A stretch of 64,000 bases of DNA from Candidatus Bathyarchaeia archaeon (GCA_038883775.1 JAVZLM010000007.1:90589-154588), one strand, 5' to 3'; positions 9,037-19,421 are shown, counted from the first letter of the stretch. The notes: generated by a model from the letters alone, not told the origin. Numbers and translations are program-made.

Positions 9037-10149
9037 TTGTTTATGGATTATGAAATTAAATGTAGCAGTTGTGGGCAATCTTCAACCAACCCTTTAGATT
9101 TTAAGTGTCCAAAATGCAGTCATCCTTTAGAACTGCAAACTTTTATCGACTTTAAAGCTGAAAAAATTATAGGTAAGGACTATACGCTTTGGCGGTATGC
9201 AAAATTTTTCCCATACGTAAAAGAGGATATCATATCGTTGGGAGAGGGCTGGACCCCCCTTGTCAAGTTTTCCGAAAATGTCTATTTTAAACTTGAAAAC
9301 TTGAATCCAACTGGTTCGTTTAAGGATAGAGGTTCAACAGTGCTTTTCTCCGCAATACATAGACTTGTAAAGGCTGCTGGTGGATACATAAGTGAAGATT
9401 CTTCTGGCAATGCTGGGGCATCCATGGCTGCTTATGCTGCCAGAGCTGGTTTGAAAGCGAAGATTTATGTTCCAGAAAACGTTTCTGGACCAAAGTTTAA
9501 TCAAATCCAATTTTATGGTGCAGAAGTTGTCAAAGTTTCTGGAAGTCGCTGCAAGGTTGCTGAAGAAGCGCAAAAAGCTGAGAAGGGGAAATTTTATGTG
9601 GGGCATATTTTGCATCCATTGTTTAGGGATGGGATAAGAAGTCTTGCTTATGAGATAGCTGAACAGTTTGGTTGGAGTGTTCCAAAGCGCATTTATTTCC
9701 CGGTTTCGGCTGGCACCTTGCTTTTGGGCGTGATTGATGGGCTTAAGCACCTTATCAATTCAAACATAATCGAAGGTATGCCTAAAATTGTGGCTTGCCA
9801 AACACAACAAGTTTCACCCCTCTACCACAAATTCAAAAATTTAGACTATACTCCTCCTGAAAAAATAACTTCCATAGCTGATGCATTAGTCAGTGTTAAC
9901 CCTCCGCTTTTGAGGCTTATGGCTAAAAAGTTAAGGGAAGCTGATGGCGATGCGGTTATGGTTGACGAAAACGAGATTTATAGGGCTTTTATGGAGCTTG
10001 CTGGGAAAGGTTTTTTTGTGGAGCCAAGCTCAGCTGTGGCTTATGCAGCCTACCAAAAACAACTACTGGAAGACGCGAAGGCACGAAAAGAGAAAACATT
10101 AATAATCCTCACGGGAAGCGGATTGAAAACATCCTTAAAGCCAAGCTAA
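9037..10149 (+). CDS. Threonine synthase-like fold-type II PLP enzyme
   Basis: N-terminal Zn ribbon, SLGEGWTP, NPTGSFKDRG, DSSGNAG and EPSSA motifs. Confidence 0.85.
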   Translation: MFMDYEIKCSSCGQSSTNPLDFKCPKCSHPLELQTFIDFKAEKIIGKDYTLWRYAKFFPYVKEDIISLGEGWTPLVKFSENVYFKLENLNPTGSFKDRGSTVLFSAIHRLVKAAGGYISEDSSGNAGASMAAYAARAGLKAKIYVPENVSGPKFNQIQFYGAEVVKVSGSRCKVAEEAQKAEKGKFYVGHILHPLFRDGIRSLAYEIAEQFGWSVPKRIYFPVSAGTLLLGVIDGLKHLINSNIIEGMPKIVACQTQQVSPLYHKFKNLDYTPPEKITSIADALVSVNPPLLRLMAKKLREADGDAVMVDENEIYRAFMELAGKGFFVEPSSAVAYAAYQKQLLEDAKARKEKTLIILTGSGLKTSLKPS

Positions 10150-10266
10150 AATATTAGCCTTTTATGAAAAGATATTTGTCGAAAATGTGGTAGTGATTCT
10201 CAAATATGCTTTTTAGAAATTTTCCCTTCTTGATAGAATGGTTAAAAAAGAAATGGAAGATGAGTT

Positions 10267-10938
10267 TTAGCTTCTTTTGTGCTTTGTGAAGATTACGGCT
10301 GTTGCCACTATGGCTATTGCCACTATCAATGAGACGCTGATGGAAAGCATCTCAATTGGTAAGCTTGGTATTGGTAGCGGGTTTGAAGATGATGCTTGCC
10401 AAATGTTTGTGCTTGTTGCTTTAAAAGTGGCTGATGTTGAGCCTTGGGTTAAGGTTACTTCTACGATTATTCCAGTCTCCTTGTCCCAGCAGTAGCTGAA
10501 CTGCATATCTCCTTGCGTTAAGCTTGCGTAGACAACGGTTCTGCTTGCTCCCGCATAGGTTCCGGTTTTTTCACCAGCAATGGTTACGCTGCCTCCTTCC
10601 ACCGCTTGAATAACATCTTCGGTCCTTGAGTTTGCTGGTATAAGCGCTTGGAAAGTGAGGTTTCCAGCGCCGCTGGCAACATCCCACGTCATGGTTTCAG
10701 TTTGTTCTGCGCCATTGCTGAAGTGTGTTGTCACGCGTAACGTTGCAGTTGTTCCCGCTGCTGATAGGCATTCCACTTTAACCCATTGAATAAAGTCGCT
10801 TGGCAAATTGCTACCTGAAACGTAGTCACATTTTATCCAGTCGCCTGCTTTAACGCCCAACTGCGCAGTAGCGTAAACTGAACCTACGCTGAACAGAAAA
10901 AGCATTGCAATTGTTCCCACAGCGGCTGTTTTCCTCAT
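10267..10938 (-). CDS. Exported, membrane-anchored hypothetical protein
   Basis: Signal peptide, GVKAGDWIK(C/Y) start typical of Bathyarchaeia/Asgard exported proteins, WDKETGII motif, C-terminal TM helix plus KHKRS. Confidence 0.7.
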   Translation of the reverse strand: MRKTAAVGTIAMLFLFSVGSVYATAQLGVKAGDWIKCDYVSGSNLPSDFIQWVKVECLSAAGTTATLRVTTHFSNGAEQTETMTWDVASGAGNLTFQALIPANSRTEDVIQAVEGGSVTIAGEKTGTYAGASRTVVYASLTQGDMQFSYCWDKETGIIVEVTLTQGSTSATFKATSTNIWQASSSNPLPIPSLPIEMLSISVSLIVAIAIVATAVIFTKHKRS

Positions 10939-10951
10939 AATGTTGCCTCCA

Positions 10952-12769
10952 TTATCCTCGTCTAACGATTATAACCGCTATCACAGATGCAACTACTACG
11001 ATGGCAACTGACAGTATTAGCCACCAGTAGCCCAATATGCCCGTCAAATCCACGCCGCCGATGCCACTGCCACCGCCGCCTTGCAGATGCGCTGTCAACT
11101 CGTGGAAGCTGTGATGGTATTCCACATAAATCTGAGCATAGCTGCCCATTTGGTTTGTTTGGAATTCTATGGGCTGGTTGTCCAATGTAACGCTAACTGC
11201 GGAAAGAGAAGTTATCATTTCCATTGGTATTGTTATGTTGGCTATGCCTGTCGTTCCATCCGGACCGCCAACAGAAATGCTCAAAGCCATACTTGTGGAA
11301 TTAAACACCACGCCGAGTACGGAGGAGTTTGTTGAAACATACATTGTCTTATTTGACCATTGAAGCTGCATTCGAATCCATCCTTCTGGCAGAACGGAAA
11401 TAAAAGCGTTTAATCCAGTTGCTGCAGCCTCAAGACCATCATTGTAGCCATCACCATCCGTATCCCGTCTTGTGGGATCTGTTCGGAAAACTTTGATTTC
11501 AACGCCGTCGCTCAGTCCATCCCCATCAGTATCTGGATTTAATAGATTCAACGGATAGGTTCCAGAACCAGTCCGGTTTATGTTAAACTCGTACTCTTCC
11601 AAGTTGGACAAGCCATCATTGTCATAGTCTTTGTAGAGGTCTGTAGGGTCCAGCGGATTGAAGTATCCACAGAAAATTTCTTCACGGTCAGATAGGCCGT
11701 CTCCGTCGCTGTCCGGGTTGGAGGATATTGGAAGACTTAAATCTATAAGGTATGGGACACCCCAGGCTATCGGTTTAATGAAGGCGGCTATAGAGTCGTT
11801 GAGGGGCGACCATGTCCAACATTTGGCTCCATAAAAAATTGTTCTTTTGTTGCTTCCATCAACATTTACAGCTGTGATGTTACTACTATCCCACCAAATA
11901 TTATACGGATTATACTCACTTCTTTCTCCGTAATTAACTTCCGTGTATGTTAGCATTGTTCCATTTGGTGCCCAATTTAAATGCATTGCAATGTTGTTTT
12001 CTGAGATATCAGCAATCTTGGTTAGGTCAGTTCCATCGGAGTTAATGATCCAAACGCCAGTGTATGTTGTGAAGGCTATCTTGTCGTTTAATGGAGAAAA
12101 CCTAACGCTAAACATTTGGTTATCTGACCCCTCAAGTTCCAGAACCAGTGATCTCTCACTTGTTTCTAAGTTGACCTTCCAGATTCGACTAACATAAGTG
12201 TAGGGATATGAAGAATAGTTCTTTGCAAATTCCGTGTAAAGCAGTGTTGTGCCATTGCTTGACAAGTCAAAGAATGTGGGGACACATGAGGAGCTGCTAT
12301 TAACGTAGGTTATGAAAGTTGGATTAGAACCACCCAAGCTTATCGAATATATTGCGGAAGAAGGAGCAAATACATAGCTAGTGTTGACATAGAATATTTT
12401 TGAGTCGACTGGTGAAATAATAAAACTATCAAACACGCCTTGACCGCTATAACCCCGCGGATTCCAGGACTCACTAATCGGTGACCAAGTGCTTGCGTTA
12501 ATCACTACAAAACGGTCAGAACCAGCTATTAATAGCAGTTCTCCAGAGGGTGACCATACGATGCTTGTAGCGTCAATGCCTCCAGAACTCCACATGATAT
12601 GCCCATCTTGCGTTTGCCATACTTGAGGCGCAGGCCAATAAATAATCCTCGGATTGGCATTTTCGGTAGATTCGATTGCGTTCGAAAGAGGAACACTGCA
12701 AAGTCCAAGCATGATTAAAACGAAAATGATGGTTATTACGGCGATAGATGAAAGCCTAGTTTTCGACAT
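10952..12769 (-). CDS. Cell-surface protein: TolB/PD40-like beta-propeller, Ca-binding DxDGDG repeats and C-terminal membrane anchor
   Basis: Signal peptide, repeated W/FSP-x-G blades, four DxDxDG repeats, Gly linker, TM helix plus RRG. Confidence 0.8.
   Translation of the reverse strand: MSKTRLSSIAVITIIFVLIMLGLCSVPLSNAIESTENANPRIIYWPAPQVWQTQDGHIMWSSGGIDATSIVWSPSGELLLIAGSDRFVVINASTWSPISESWNPRGYSGQGVFDSFIISPVDSKIFYVNTSYVFAPSSAIYSISLGGSNPTFITYVNSSSSCVPTFFDLSSNGTTLLYTEFAKNYSSYPYTYVSRIWKVNLETSERSLVLELEGSDNQMFSVRFSPLNDKIAFTTYTGVWIINSDGTDLTKIADISENNIAMHLNWAPNGTMLTYTEVNYGERSEYNPYNIWWDSSNITAVNVDGSNKRTIFYGAKCWTWSPLNDSIAAFIKPIAWGVPYLIDLSLPISSNPDSDGDGLSDREEIFCGYFNPLDPTDLYKDYDNDGLSNLEEYEFNINRTGSGTYPLNLLNPDTDGDGLSDGVEIKVFRTDPTRRDTDGDGYNDGLEAAATGLNAFISVLPEGWIRMQLQWSNKTMYVSTNSSVLGVVFNSTSMALSISVGGPDGTTGIANITIPMEMITSLSAVSVTLDNQPIEFQTNQMGSYAQIYVEYHHSFHELTAHLQGGGGSGIGGVDLTGILGYWWLILSVAIVVVASVIAVIIVRRG
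11430..11713 (-). repeat. Four protein-level Ca-binding (TSP3-like) repeats
   Basis: DSDGDGLSDREE, DYDNDGLSNLEE, DTDGDGLSDGVE, DTDGDGYNDGLE. Confidence 0.85.
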
Positions 12770-13025
12770 TTAATTTTCCTCCATGATTTTTTAGTGTTTA
12801 TTACGAAAGCATACTCTAAAAACTTATGCATAAAAATTTCATAGAATAAATCCTAAAAATTCATCATAATTCCAACTAAACTTTAAACTGTATTCTAAAC
12901 ATTAAAAGCCGAAATCTAGCACAAAATTACAGCAACCAAACTTGTTGGCTTACATAGCCTATTAACTCCGAGGAGTTCGATGAAGCGATTTTATTCCAGA
13001 AATGTGCTCAATTAAGCGTAATTAA

Positions 13026-13040
13026 GGAAAAATTTATATT
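13026..13040 (+). promoter_or_regulatory. Putative BRE/TATA promoter of thermosome-rpoK
   Basis: GGAAAAA-TTTATATT about 45 nt upstream of the TTG start, with a GGAGG SD at ~13070. Confidence 0.5.
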
Positions 13041-13083
13041 GTAATGCTGTTTTTCATTGAGACGCATTAGGGAGGTTGTTTGC

Positions 13084-14733
13084 TTGTCAACACAAGCTGG
13101 AGGAGTTCCAGTTTTAATATTAAAAGAAGGCTCAAGCCGAAGCCGCGGAAGAGAAGCCCAACACGCCAACATAATGGCTGCAAGAATTGTAGCCGAAACC
13201 GTGAAAAGTTCTTTAGGTCCGAAAGGCATGGATAAGATGCTTGTGGACAGCTTCGGCGATACAACCATCACAAGTGATGGACGCACAATTTTGGATGAAA
13301 TGGACATTCAACATCCAGCCGCTAAAATGATGGTGGAAGTTGCAAAAACTCAAGACAACGAAGCCGGCGACGGCACAACAACAGCCGTAATATTAGCCGG
13401 CGAATTACTCAACAAAGCCGAAGAACTTATTGGAAAAAATGTTCACCCAACCATAATAATAGATGGATACAAAAAAGCCAGCGAAAAGGCATTAGAAGTC
13501 TTAGAAAAGATAGCAATGCCAACTGGGTCAAACCGTGAAGAATACTTGAAAAAGGTGGCTATGACTTCCATGGCAAGCAAGTTAGTAGCCGAACACAGAG
13601 AATACTTGGCTGAGCTTGCAGTTAAGGCGGTCCTAGAAGTTGCAGAAAAAGAAAATGGAAAATACAAAGTGGACATTGACGACATTAAAGTTGAAAAGAA
13701 ACCAGGCGAATCCCTAAGAGACACCAAACTCATTCAGGGCATAGTTTTAGACAAAGAAGTTGTCCACTCTGGCATGCCAAAACGGGTGGAAAAAGCCAAA
13801 ATAGCCTTACTGGATACCGCATTGGAAATTGAGAAGACAGAGTTTGACGCGAAAATAAACATTGAAAGCCCAGAGCAAATGGACGCCTTCCTCAAACAAG
13901 AGGAAGAAATGCTAAAGCAAATGGTTGAAAAGATAGAGGCAGTAGGCGCAAACGTTGTCTTATGTCAAAAAGGCATCGATGACATGGCACAGCACTTCTT
14001 AGCCAGAAAAGGAATTCTTGCAGTTCGCAGAATCAAAAAGTCAGACATGGAAAAACTTTCAAAAGCCACTGGTGGAAAAATAATAACCAACATAGACGAC
14101 ATGAGCCCCTCTGACCTGGGCTATGCAAGCCTCGTTGAGGAACGCAAGATAGGCGACGACAAAATGACTTTCGTCGAAGGATGCAAACATCCAAGAGCGG
14201 TTACGATTTTGATAAGGGGTGGAACAGAACGCATAGTAGACGAAGCTGAACGCTCACTGCATGACGCATTATGCGTGGTTCGAGACGTGGTTGAAGAACC
14301 AAAAATCTTGGCTGGGGGCGGAGCACCAGAGCTTGAAATTTCACGGGCTCTTAAAAAATACGCTGAAACCCTTCCAGGCAGAGAGCAGCTTGCAGTTAAA
14401 AGCTTCGCAGAAGCCCTCGAAGTAGTTCCAGTAACACTAACAGAAAACGCTGGCTTAGACCCAATAGACATACTGTCGGAACTGCGAGCACGCCACGAAA
14501 AGGGTGAAACATGGGCTGGAATAGAAGTAAACTCTGGAAAAGTCCAAGACATGAGCGAAGCCGGAGTCTTCGAGCCTTTGGCTGTTAAAAAACAAATCGT
14601 TAAATCTGCTGGAGAAGCCGCCTCAATGATACTTAAGATTGATGATGTGATTGCTGCTGGAAAAATGAAAGCTCCTCCAACACCTCCGGGTGGCCCCTCT
14701 GGGGCTGGGTATCCGGGCGCTGGGGAGTATTAG
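13084..14733 (+). CDS. ths: Thermosome (group II chaperonin) subunit
   Basis: [16 protein letters not shown] and GGGAPE motifs; TTG at 13084 follows a GGAGG SD. Confidence 0.97.
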   Translation: MSTQAGGVPVLILKEGSSRSRGREAQHANIMAARIVAETVKSSLGPKGMDKMLVDSFGDTTITSDGRTILDEMDIQHPAAKMMVEVAKTQDNEAGDGTTTAVILAGELLNKAEELIGKNVHPTIIIDGYKKASEKALEVLEKIAMPTGSNREEYLKKVAMTSMASKLVAEHREYLAELAVKAVLEVAEKENGKYKVDIDDIKVEKKPGESLRDTKLIQGIVLDKEVVHSGMPKRVEKAKIALLDTALEIEKTEFDAKINIESPEQMDAFLKQEEEMLKQMVEKIEAVGANVVLCQKGIDDMAQHFLARKGILAVRRIKKSDMEKLSKATGGKIITNIDDMSPSDLGYASLVEERKIGDDKMTFVEGCKHPRAVTILIRGGTERIVDEAERSLHDALCVVRDVVEEPKILAGGGAPELEISRALKKYAETLPGREQLAVKSFAEALEVVPVTLTENAGLDPIDILSELRARHEKGETWAGIEVNSGKVQDMSEAGVFEPLAVKKQIVKSAGEAASMILKIDDVIAAGKMKAPPTPPGGPSGAGYPGAGEY

Positions 14734-14736
14734 GAT

Positions 14737-14997
14737 ACGTCTAAAAAAGAGAAGAAAATTTTGATAGGTCCTCCGAAGCTTACCCGTTTCGAAAAGGCTA
14801 GGATAGTGGGAGCTAGGGCTTTACAAATATCCATGGGGGCTCCGATACTTGTGGAGATTTCTGAAGGGTTTTCCAGTCCCATAGACATAGCCCTAAAAGA
14901 GCTTGAAGCTGGAATTTTGCCGATGACTATTAGGCGAACATTGCCAGACGGCACATACCAAGATATTCCGCTTAAATGGTTGCTAGAGGAAACATAA
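14737..14997 (+). CDS. rpoK: DNA-directed RNA polymerase subunit K (Rpo6)
   Basis: [22 protein letters not shown] motif. The ORF caller starts at TTG 14761; an in-frame ACG at 14737 gives (M)[12 protein letters not shown]. Confidence 0.93.
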   Translation, partial: TSKKEKKILIGPPKLTRFEKARIVGARALQISMGAPILVEISEGFSSPIDIALKELEAGILPMTIRRTLPDGTYQDIPLKWLLEET

Positions 14998-15813
14998 TTA
15001 GAATGGTGGAGGAGGCGGAGGAGGAACCTTCAAGCTTTCTTCTCTTGCTCGCATGGAATAATAGTAGAATGCTGATGCGATTGGAATGATTGGGGCAATT
15101 ACTGAGCTAACAATGATGCAAGCTAATGTACCGTATATTCCAAGCGGAGCCAAAATCAGATTTGCTACAAAAGCTAAAGCCCCAGTTATCAGTCCAAGTA
15201 TTAATGCTAGGGCAAACGTTTTAAGCCATCTATTACTTACAAGCTCTCTACTTCTAGACAAGCTTTCAAAAGCACCCTTCTGTTCCACTATAATAACTGG
15301 AATTACAAGATAGAACATTATGTATATTATTATGCCTGGGATTATAAAAAGCAGCATACCCAAAATTGTTAGGATTCCAACTATCAGCGATGCAACTAAA
15401 AGGGAAGGAAGCTTTGAAACAGCGAAATTGAAGGAGTCGCTCAAACTTGCCTTCCCTTTTTCAATAATGTCAGAAGCAGATTTAATCAAAACTCCAGAGA
15501 CAACATTACCTATCAACCATGAAATTATGGCGATAAGAAAGGCTAAAGCCATAAGCGTCAAGAACATGTTCAAAAACCTAGGCAAAACAGTTTCTGGAGG
15601 ACCAGTAAAATCTATTTTTGTGATTTCTTCTGTGTAAGTGAGTATTGGAAGGTCCAGCAGAGCTGAGATGATACTAAATATCAGGTACGGTATGAAGAAG
15701 ATACCAAAGTTGTTAAGGTATAAACTAAATGTTAAGGAAATGTTTTCTTCAATGGTCAATTCACGTGTAGGCTTTGATGATGTGAACATCTGATTCTTAT
15801 TTATATTGTTCAA
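14998..15813 (-). CDS. Multi-pass membrane protein with poly-proline C-terminal tail
   Basis: About 5-6 TM helices, IIPGII and ESLSRSRELV motifs, ends in VPPPPPPPF. Confidence 0.75.
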   Translation of the reverse strand: MNNINKNQMFTSSKPTRELTIEENISLTFSLYLNNFGIFFIPYLIFSIISALLDLPILTYTEEITKIDFTGPPETVLPRFLNMFLTLMALAFLIAIISWLIGNVVSGVLIKSASDIIEKGKASLSDSFNFAVSKLPSLLVASLIVGILTILGMLLFIIPGIIIYIMFYLVIPVIIVEQKGAFESLSRSRELVSNRWLKTFALALILGLITGALAFVANLILAPLGIYGTLACIIVSSVIAPIIPIASAFYYYSMRAREESLKVPPPPPPPF

Positions 15814-15839
15814 TGGTTTTAATAAATTTGTGTTTTAAT

Positions 15840-16328
15840 TTATGTTCGCTTTTCTAAGACCTCTAGATTTTCCTTTGCTGTTTCAAGGGTTTTTCTTATT
15901 TTTGTCCAGTGGGCTCCTTGCCAGTAAATTTTTCCGCATTTTGGGCATTCCCAAAACTCGTTGTAGTATGTGAATGTGCTTTTTTCCACTTTGTCTGCTG
16001 CTTTTTCTTTTGGTATTGGTTTCACTTTTGCGTTGCATTTTGGGCATCTTGATGTTGCCATGTCTATGTCTAATTGGATTTTGAATCTTTTTGCAAGTTG
16101 CGCCAGTCTTTCGGCTTCGTTTGTTCCTTCAAGATAGAAGGCGTTTACCCCTTTTGCTGTGGCTTGTTGATAAAGCTCCAAATCTCGTGTGAGAAGGATT
16201 CTCCGTTCCTTTTTTGCTATGGTGATTAGCTGGTTGTCGTCAAGTTTGCTTGAATATTTCACATTGTGCCCTAACATGCGAAGCCAACGGGTAAGTTTTC
16301 CAAGCATACCATCTGTGATGAACTTCAA
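15840..16328 (-). CDS. Mut7-C RNase (PIN-like) domain protein with Zn ribbon
   Basis: FITDGMLGKLTRWLRMLG, LLTRD, RCPKCN and CPKCGKIYWQGAHW motifs; TTG at 16328 is the likely start. Confidence 0.9.
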   Translation of the reverse strand: MKFITDGMLGKLTRWLRMLGHNVKYSSKLDDNQLITIAKKERRILLTRDLELYQQATAKGVNAFYLEGTNEAERLAQLAKRFKIQLDIDMATSRCPKCNAKVKPIPKEKAADKVEKSTFTYYNEFWECPKCGKIYWQGAHWTKIRKTLETAKENLEVLEKRT

Positions 16329-16330
16329 AT

Positions 16331-17701
16331 TTATTCTCTCCGAATTATTTCTCCACATCCAGCCTCAGCGACTATTTCGCCTTCATCCATGACCAAATGA
16401 CCTTTAACAAAGGTTTTTACTGGTTTTCCTTTAACCTTGTATCCCTCGAAGGGAGAGAATTTCGCTTTTGAATGGAATTTTGATGCGTCTATTTTGCCTT
16501 TTCTTTTTAAATCAATAACTGTCAAGTCTGCAAAATTTCCTTTTTCTATGGCACCCCTGCCCTTAAGTTTAAAGATTTCGGCTGGTTTTTCTGCCATTAA
16601 CTTGACAACATCCGCTATTGACAATCTTCCATGGTTAACTTCCGTGAGTAAAAGCGGCAATGTTGTTTCTAAACCTGGTATTCCAACCTTAACATTCCAA
16701 ACATTTTCAGCCTTTTTCTCTGCCAAAGTATGCGGAGCATGGTCTGAAGCTAAAATGTCGATCCAACCACTTTTAACGCCATGCCAAAGAGCTAAAGCGC
16801 TCTTTCTGTTTCGGACTGGCGGCAAAGTCAATGTTAAAGTGCCAATTTTCCTCAAGTCTTTAACCGATAAAAACATGTGATGAGGTGTGGCTTCGCAGCT
16901 TATTGGTAATCCTAAACTTTTTCCTTTCATTATTGTTTCCAGTCCCTTTTTTGTGCTTACGTGGCAAAAATGTATGGGGACACGGGTTTGTTTGACGATT
17001 TTTAGCAAACGTTTTACGACTTTCCATTCTGCATTTTCCGAATGCGCTTTCAAAAATGCTTCAATGTCATTGCGATTAAGCCGTTTATAGTTTTCTTCAG
17101 CTCTTTTTATCGTTTCTTTATCTTCTGCGTGAACAGCCACCAAAGTTTTCAATTTGGCAATAGTCTCAAATGCTTCCAACAAGGTTTTATCATCGTCTAT
17201 ATTTAATCCGCCCACTTGTTCCATCATGAAAAGCTTGAAGGCGACAGCCCCTGCCTTAACAATTGCTTGAATCTCATTCATTCTCTTTGGAAATTCAGAG
17301 TAAAAGCCAACATTAACCAAAATCTTTTTTTCAGCAATTTCCATGCGCCTTCTTAAAGTTTCAGTGCTCATGGTTACTGGGTCGTTGTTTGGCATGTCTA
17401 AAACTGTTGTTATCCCCCCCGCTGCAGCAGCCGCTGTTCCACTGTAAAAGTCTTCTTTGTAGGCTTTTCCCTCATCCCTCAAATGCGTGTGAATATCTAT
17501 TAAACCAGGCAAAATTAGGAGATTTTTTGAATCCATTTTTTCTTCTGCTTTTGGCATGTTTGCTTCTTTGCCTATACTGTAGATTTTGCCGTTTTCTATG
17601 GCGATGCTACACTCTACTAATTTTTTGTTTACGTAGGCTTTCGCGTTGCTTAAAACTAAGTCAACGGTCAAAGCGGACGCTCTCTCTTTTATTTCAAACA
17701 T
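16331..17701 (-). CDS. pyrC: Dihydroorotase (amidohydrolase superfamily)
   Basis: PGLIDIHTHLRD, GGITTVLDMPN, EATPHH and SDHAPH motifs. Confidence 0.88.
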   Translation of the reverse strand: MFEIKERASALTVDLVLSNAKAYVNKKLVECSIAIENGKIYSIGKEANMPKAEEKMDSKNLLILPGLIDIHTHLRDEGKAYKEDFYSGTAAAAAGGITTVLDMPNNDPVTMSTETLRRRMEIAEKKILVNVGFYSEFPKRMNEIQAIVKAGAVAFKLFMMEQVGGLNIDDDKTLLEAFETIAKLKTLVAVHAEDKETIKRAEENYKRLNRNDIEAFLKAHSENAEWKVVKRLLKIVKQTRVPIHFCHVSTKKGLETIMKGKSLGLPISCEATPHHMFLSVKDLRKIGTLTLTLPPVRNRKSALALWHGVKSGWIDILASDHAPHTLAEKKAENVWNVKVGIPGLETTLPLLLTEVNHGRLSIADVVKLMAEKPAEIFKLKGRGAIEKGNFADLTVIDLKRKGKIDASKFHSKAKFSPFEGYKVKGKPVKTFVKGHLVMDEGEIVAEAGCGEIIRRE

Positions 17702-17705
17702 GAAA

Positions 17706-18614
17706 TTATTCTATTATTTTAAAGAAATCTCTTTCCGTTAAGATCCCTACAAGTTTCTCATTTTCAACAACTGGTATAGCGCCCACGTTCTTTTCTCGCA
17801 TAATTTTTGCTGCCTTGCCAATGTCTGCATTTGGTTCGATTGTTGCAACTTCTTTCGTTGCTATTTCTATGGCGAGCGTGTTTAGAACTTGGATTATGTT
17901 TCCCGATTGTAAGTATGTGAAAACTTTTCCTGAACCGAAAAATCTTATGATGTCCATGGCTGTTATTATGCCCATTATCTTGCCGTCAGACACTATGGGC
18001 AGTCTTCTAAATCCTTGAGTTGCCATTGTTTTTTCAGCCTCAAAAATTGTTGTTTTTAGCATGGCGGTAACAACTTTTTCTGACATCAACTCGGCAACTT
18101 TTACGCCGCTCATTCTGTCGGCAAACATGTTGGCTATGTCCCTTTCAGTGATTATTGCTCTAACGCGGTTTTCTTCGTCAACCACTGGTAAACCGCCAAG
18201 ATTTTTCTCCCTCATCAGTTTTACTGCTTCACTTATTTTTGAAGAAGTTTTAACGGAAACAACATTTTTTGTCATTATGAGTCTCACCGGCTCGTTTATG
18301 GCTTTGAAAAAGTTTCCGCCATGTTTCTGCTGAATTATTTCAAATTTTTTCCCACCACCAAGATAGTCGATTAGGTCTGTGGCTGTTATGATTCCTTCAA
18401 GGGCTTTTGTTCCTGGGTTGGCTATGGGTATTCGGCGAAAACCTTCCTTTGCCATGATTCGGATTGCATCGTAAATTGGTGTGGTGGGCGCCATGGTTAC
18501 AACAGGGCTTTTTGCGATGTGCATTATTTCGCTTTCACGTTTTTTCGAAGGATGAACCCTCAAAGAGAGGGGCCCTCTCTCCTTTAATGTCCTTCTAAAG
18601 GTTTCTCTGCTCAA
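17706..18614 (-). CDS. CBS domain protein (4 CBS)
   Basis: Repeated FRRIPI/LPVV...GIIT..D CBS motifs. Confidence 0.92.
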   Translation of the reverse strand: MSRETFRRTLKERGPLSLRVHPSKKRESEIMHIAKSPVVTMAPTTPIYDAIRIMAKEGFRRIPIANPGTKALEGIITATDLIDYLGGGKKFEIIQQKHGGNFFKAINEPVRLIMTKNVVSVKTSSKISEAVKLMREKNLGGLPVVDEENRVRAIITERDIANMFADRMSGVKVAELMSEKVVTAMLKTTIFEAEKTMATQGFRRLPIVSDGKIMGIITAMDIIRFFGSGKVFTYLQSGNIIQVLNTLAIEIATKEVATIEPNADIGKAAKIMREKNVGAIPVVENEKLVGILTERDFFKIIE

Positions 18615-18626
18615 AATATCATCCTC

Positions 18627-19412
18627 TCATTTAACAACTAACCTAACAACATCCTCTCTGTCAACTATGCCAATCAATTTACCCTGCTTATTTATTACGG
18701 GAACCCTTCCAATATCTTTTGAAACCATGATTTTTGCAACTCTAATCATTTTTATGTGTGGTTCTACGGCTATAACTTGAGTATTCATGACTGAAGAAAT
18801 TTTGGAAGACCCTCGAAAGCGTCCCTTCTTTGACTCAAATGTAGGTAATAACGCTCCACTTTGGATGAGGTCTTTTTGTGTGACAATTCCCACTAACTTA
18901 TCATTTTTTGTGACGGGCAATCCTCCAAGGGATTTGGTTTGCATCAAGCGCCAAATGTTGTCCAACTCATCTTCTGGAGAACAAGCCAAAACATTTTTTG
19001 ACATTACTTCTTCAACAGTTCTAGCAAGTTTTTCTGGGCTCGTCTTAATTATGGCTTCGATGAAGTTTTCTAAGCCAAAAACTCCCATGTAATTTCTGTC
19101 TTGAATAGTGTTTATGACTGGTGTATTCCATTCGTCCAGTCGAATCATTTCTTTAACAGCGGAAACGGCATCATCTTCTATTGTTGCTGTGTGTTTTGGG
19201 TTTCTCATTATTCCTTTAACTCTTATTGGAGAGACGGCGGAGGAAATTGTCATGACGTCGCTGCGGGAAACTATGCCAATAAGCTTTTTAGTTTTGTCTA
19301 TTACTGGGAGAATTCTTAGGGCAAAATCGCGGATTATTGCTCTGGCTTTGGTGGCAAGTTCATCTTCATAAATGAATGGGTGCTTTTCATTCATGATTTC
19401 TTTAACACGCAA
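18627..19412 (-). CDS. CBS domain protein (4 CBS)
   Basis: LPVID...GIVSRSD, LPVTK..LVGIVTQKD and VPVIN..GIVDRED motifs. Confidence 0.92.
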   Translation of the reverse strand: MRVKEIMNEKHPFIYEDELATKARAIIRDFALRILPVIDKTKKLIGIVSRSDVMTISSAVSPIRVKGIMRNPKHTATIEDDAVSAVKEMIRLDEWNTPVINTIQDRNYMGVFGLENFIEAIIKTSPEKLARTVEEVMSKNVLACSPEDELDNIWRLMQTKSLGGLPVTKNDKLVGIVTQKDLIQSGALLPTFESKKGRFRGSSKISSVMNTQVIAVEPHIKMIRVAKIMVSKDIGRVPVINKQGKLIGIVDREDVVRLVVK

Positions 19413-19421
19413 AAATCGCCC

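Noticed and set aside
12855-12870. C-box-like ATGATGA on the minus strand (C/D sRNA)
   Set aside because: No CTGA D box at a suitable distance downstream.
14731-14736. Read-through fusion of thermosome and Rpo6 (same frame, single TAG)
   Set aside because: Both are normally separate complete proteins and rpoK has its own SD-like signal. In-frame adjacency has a one-in-three chance.
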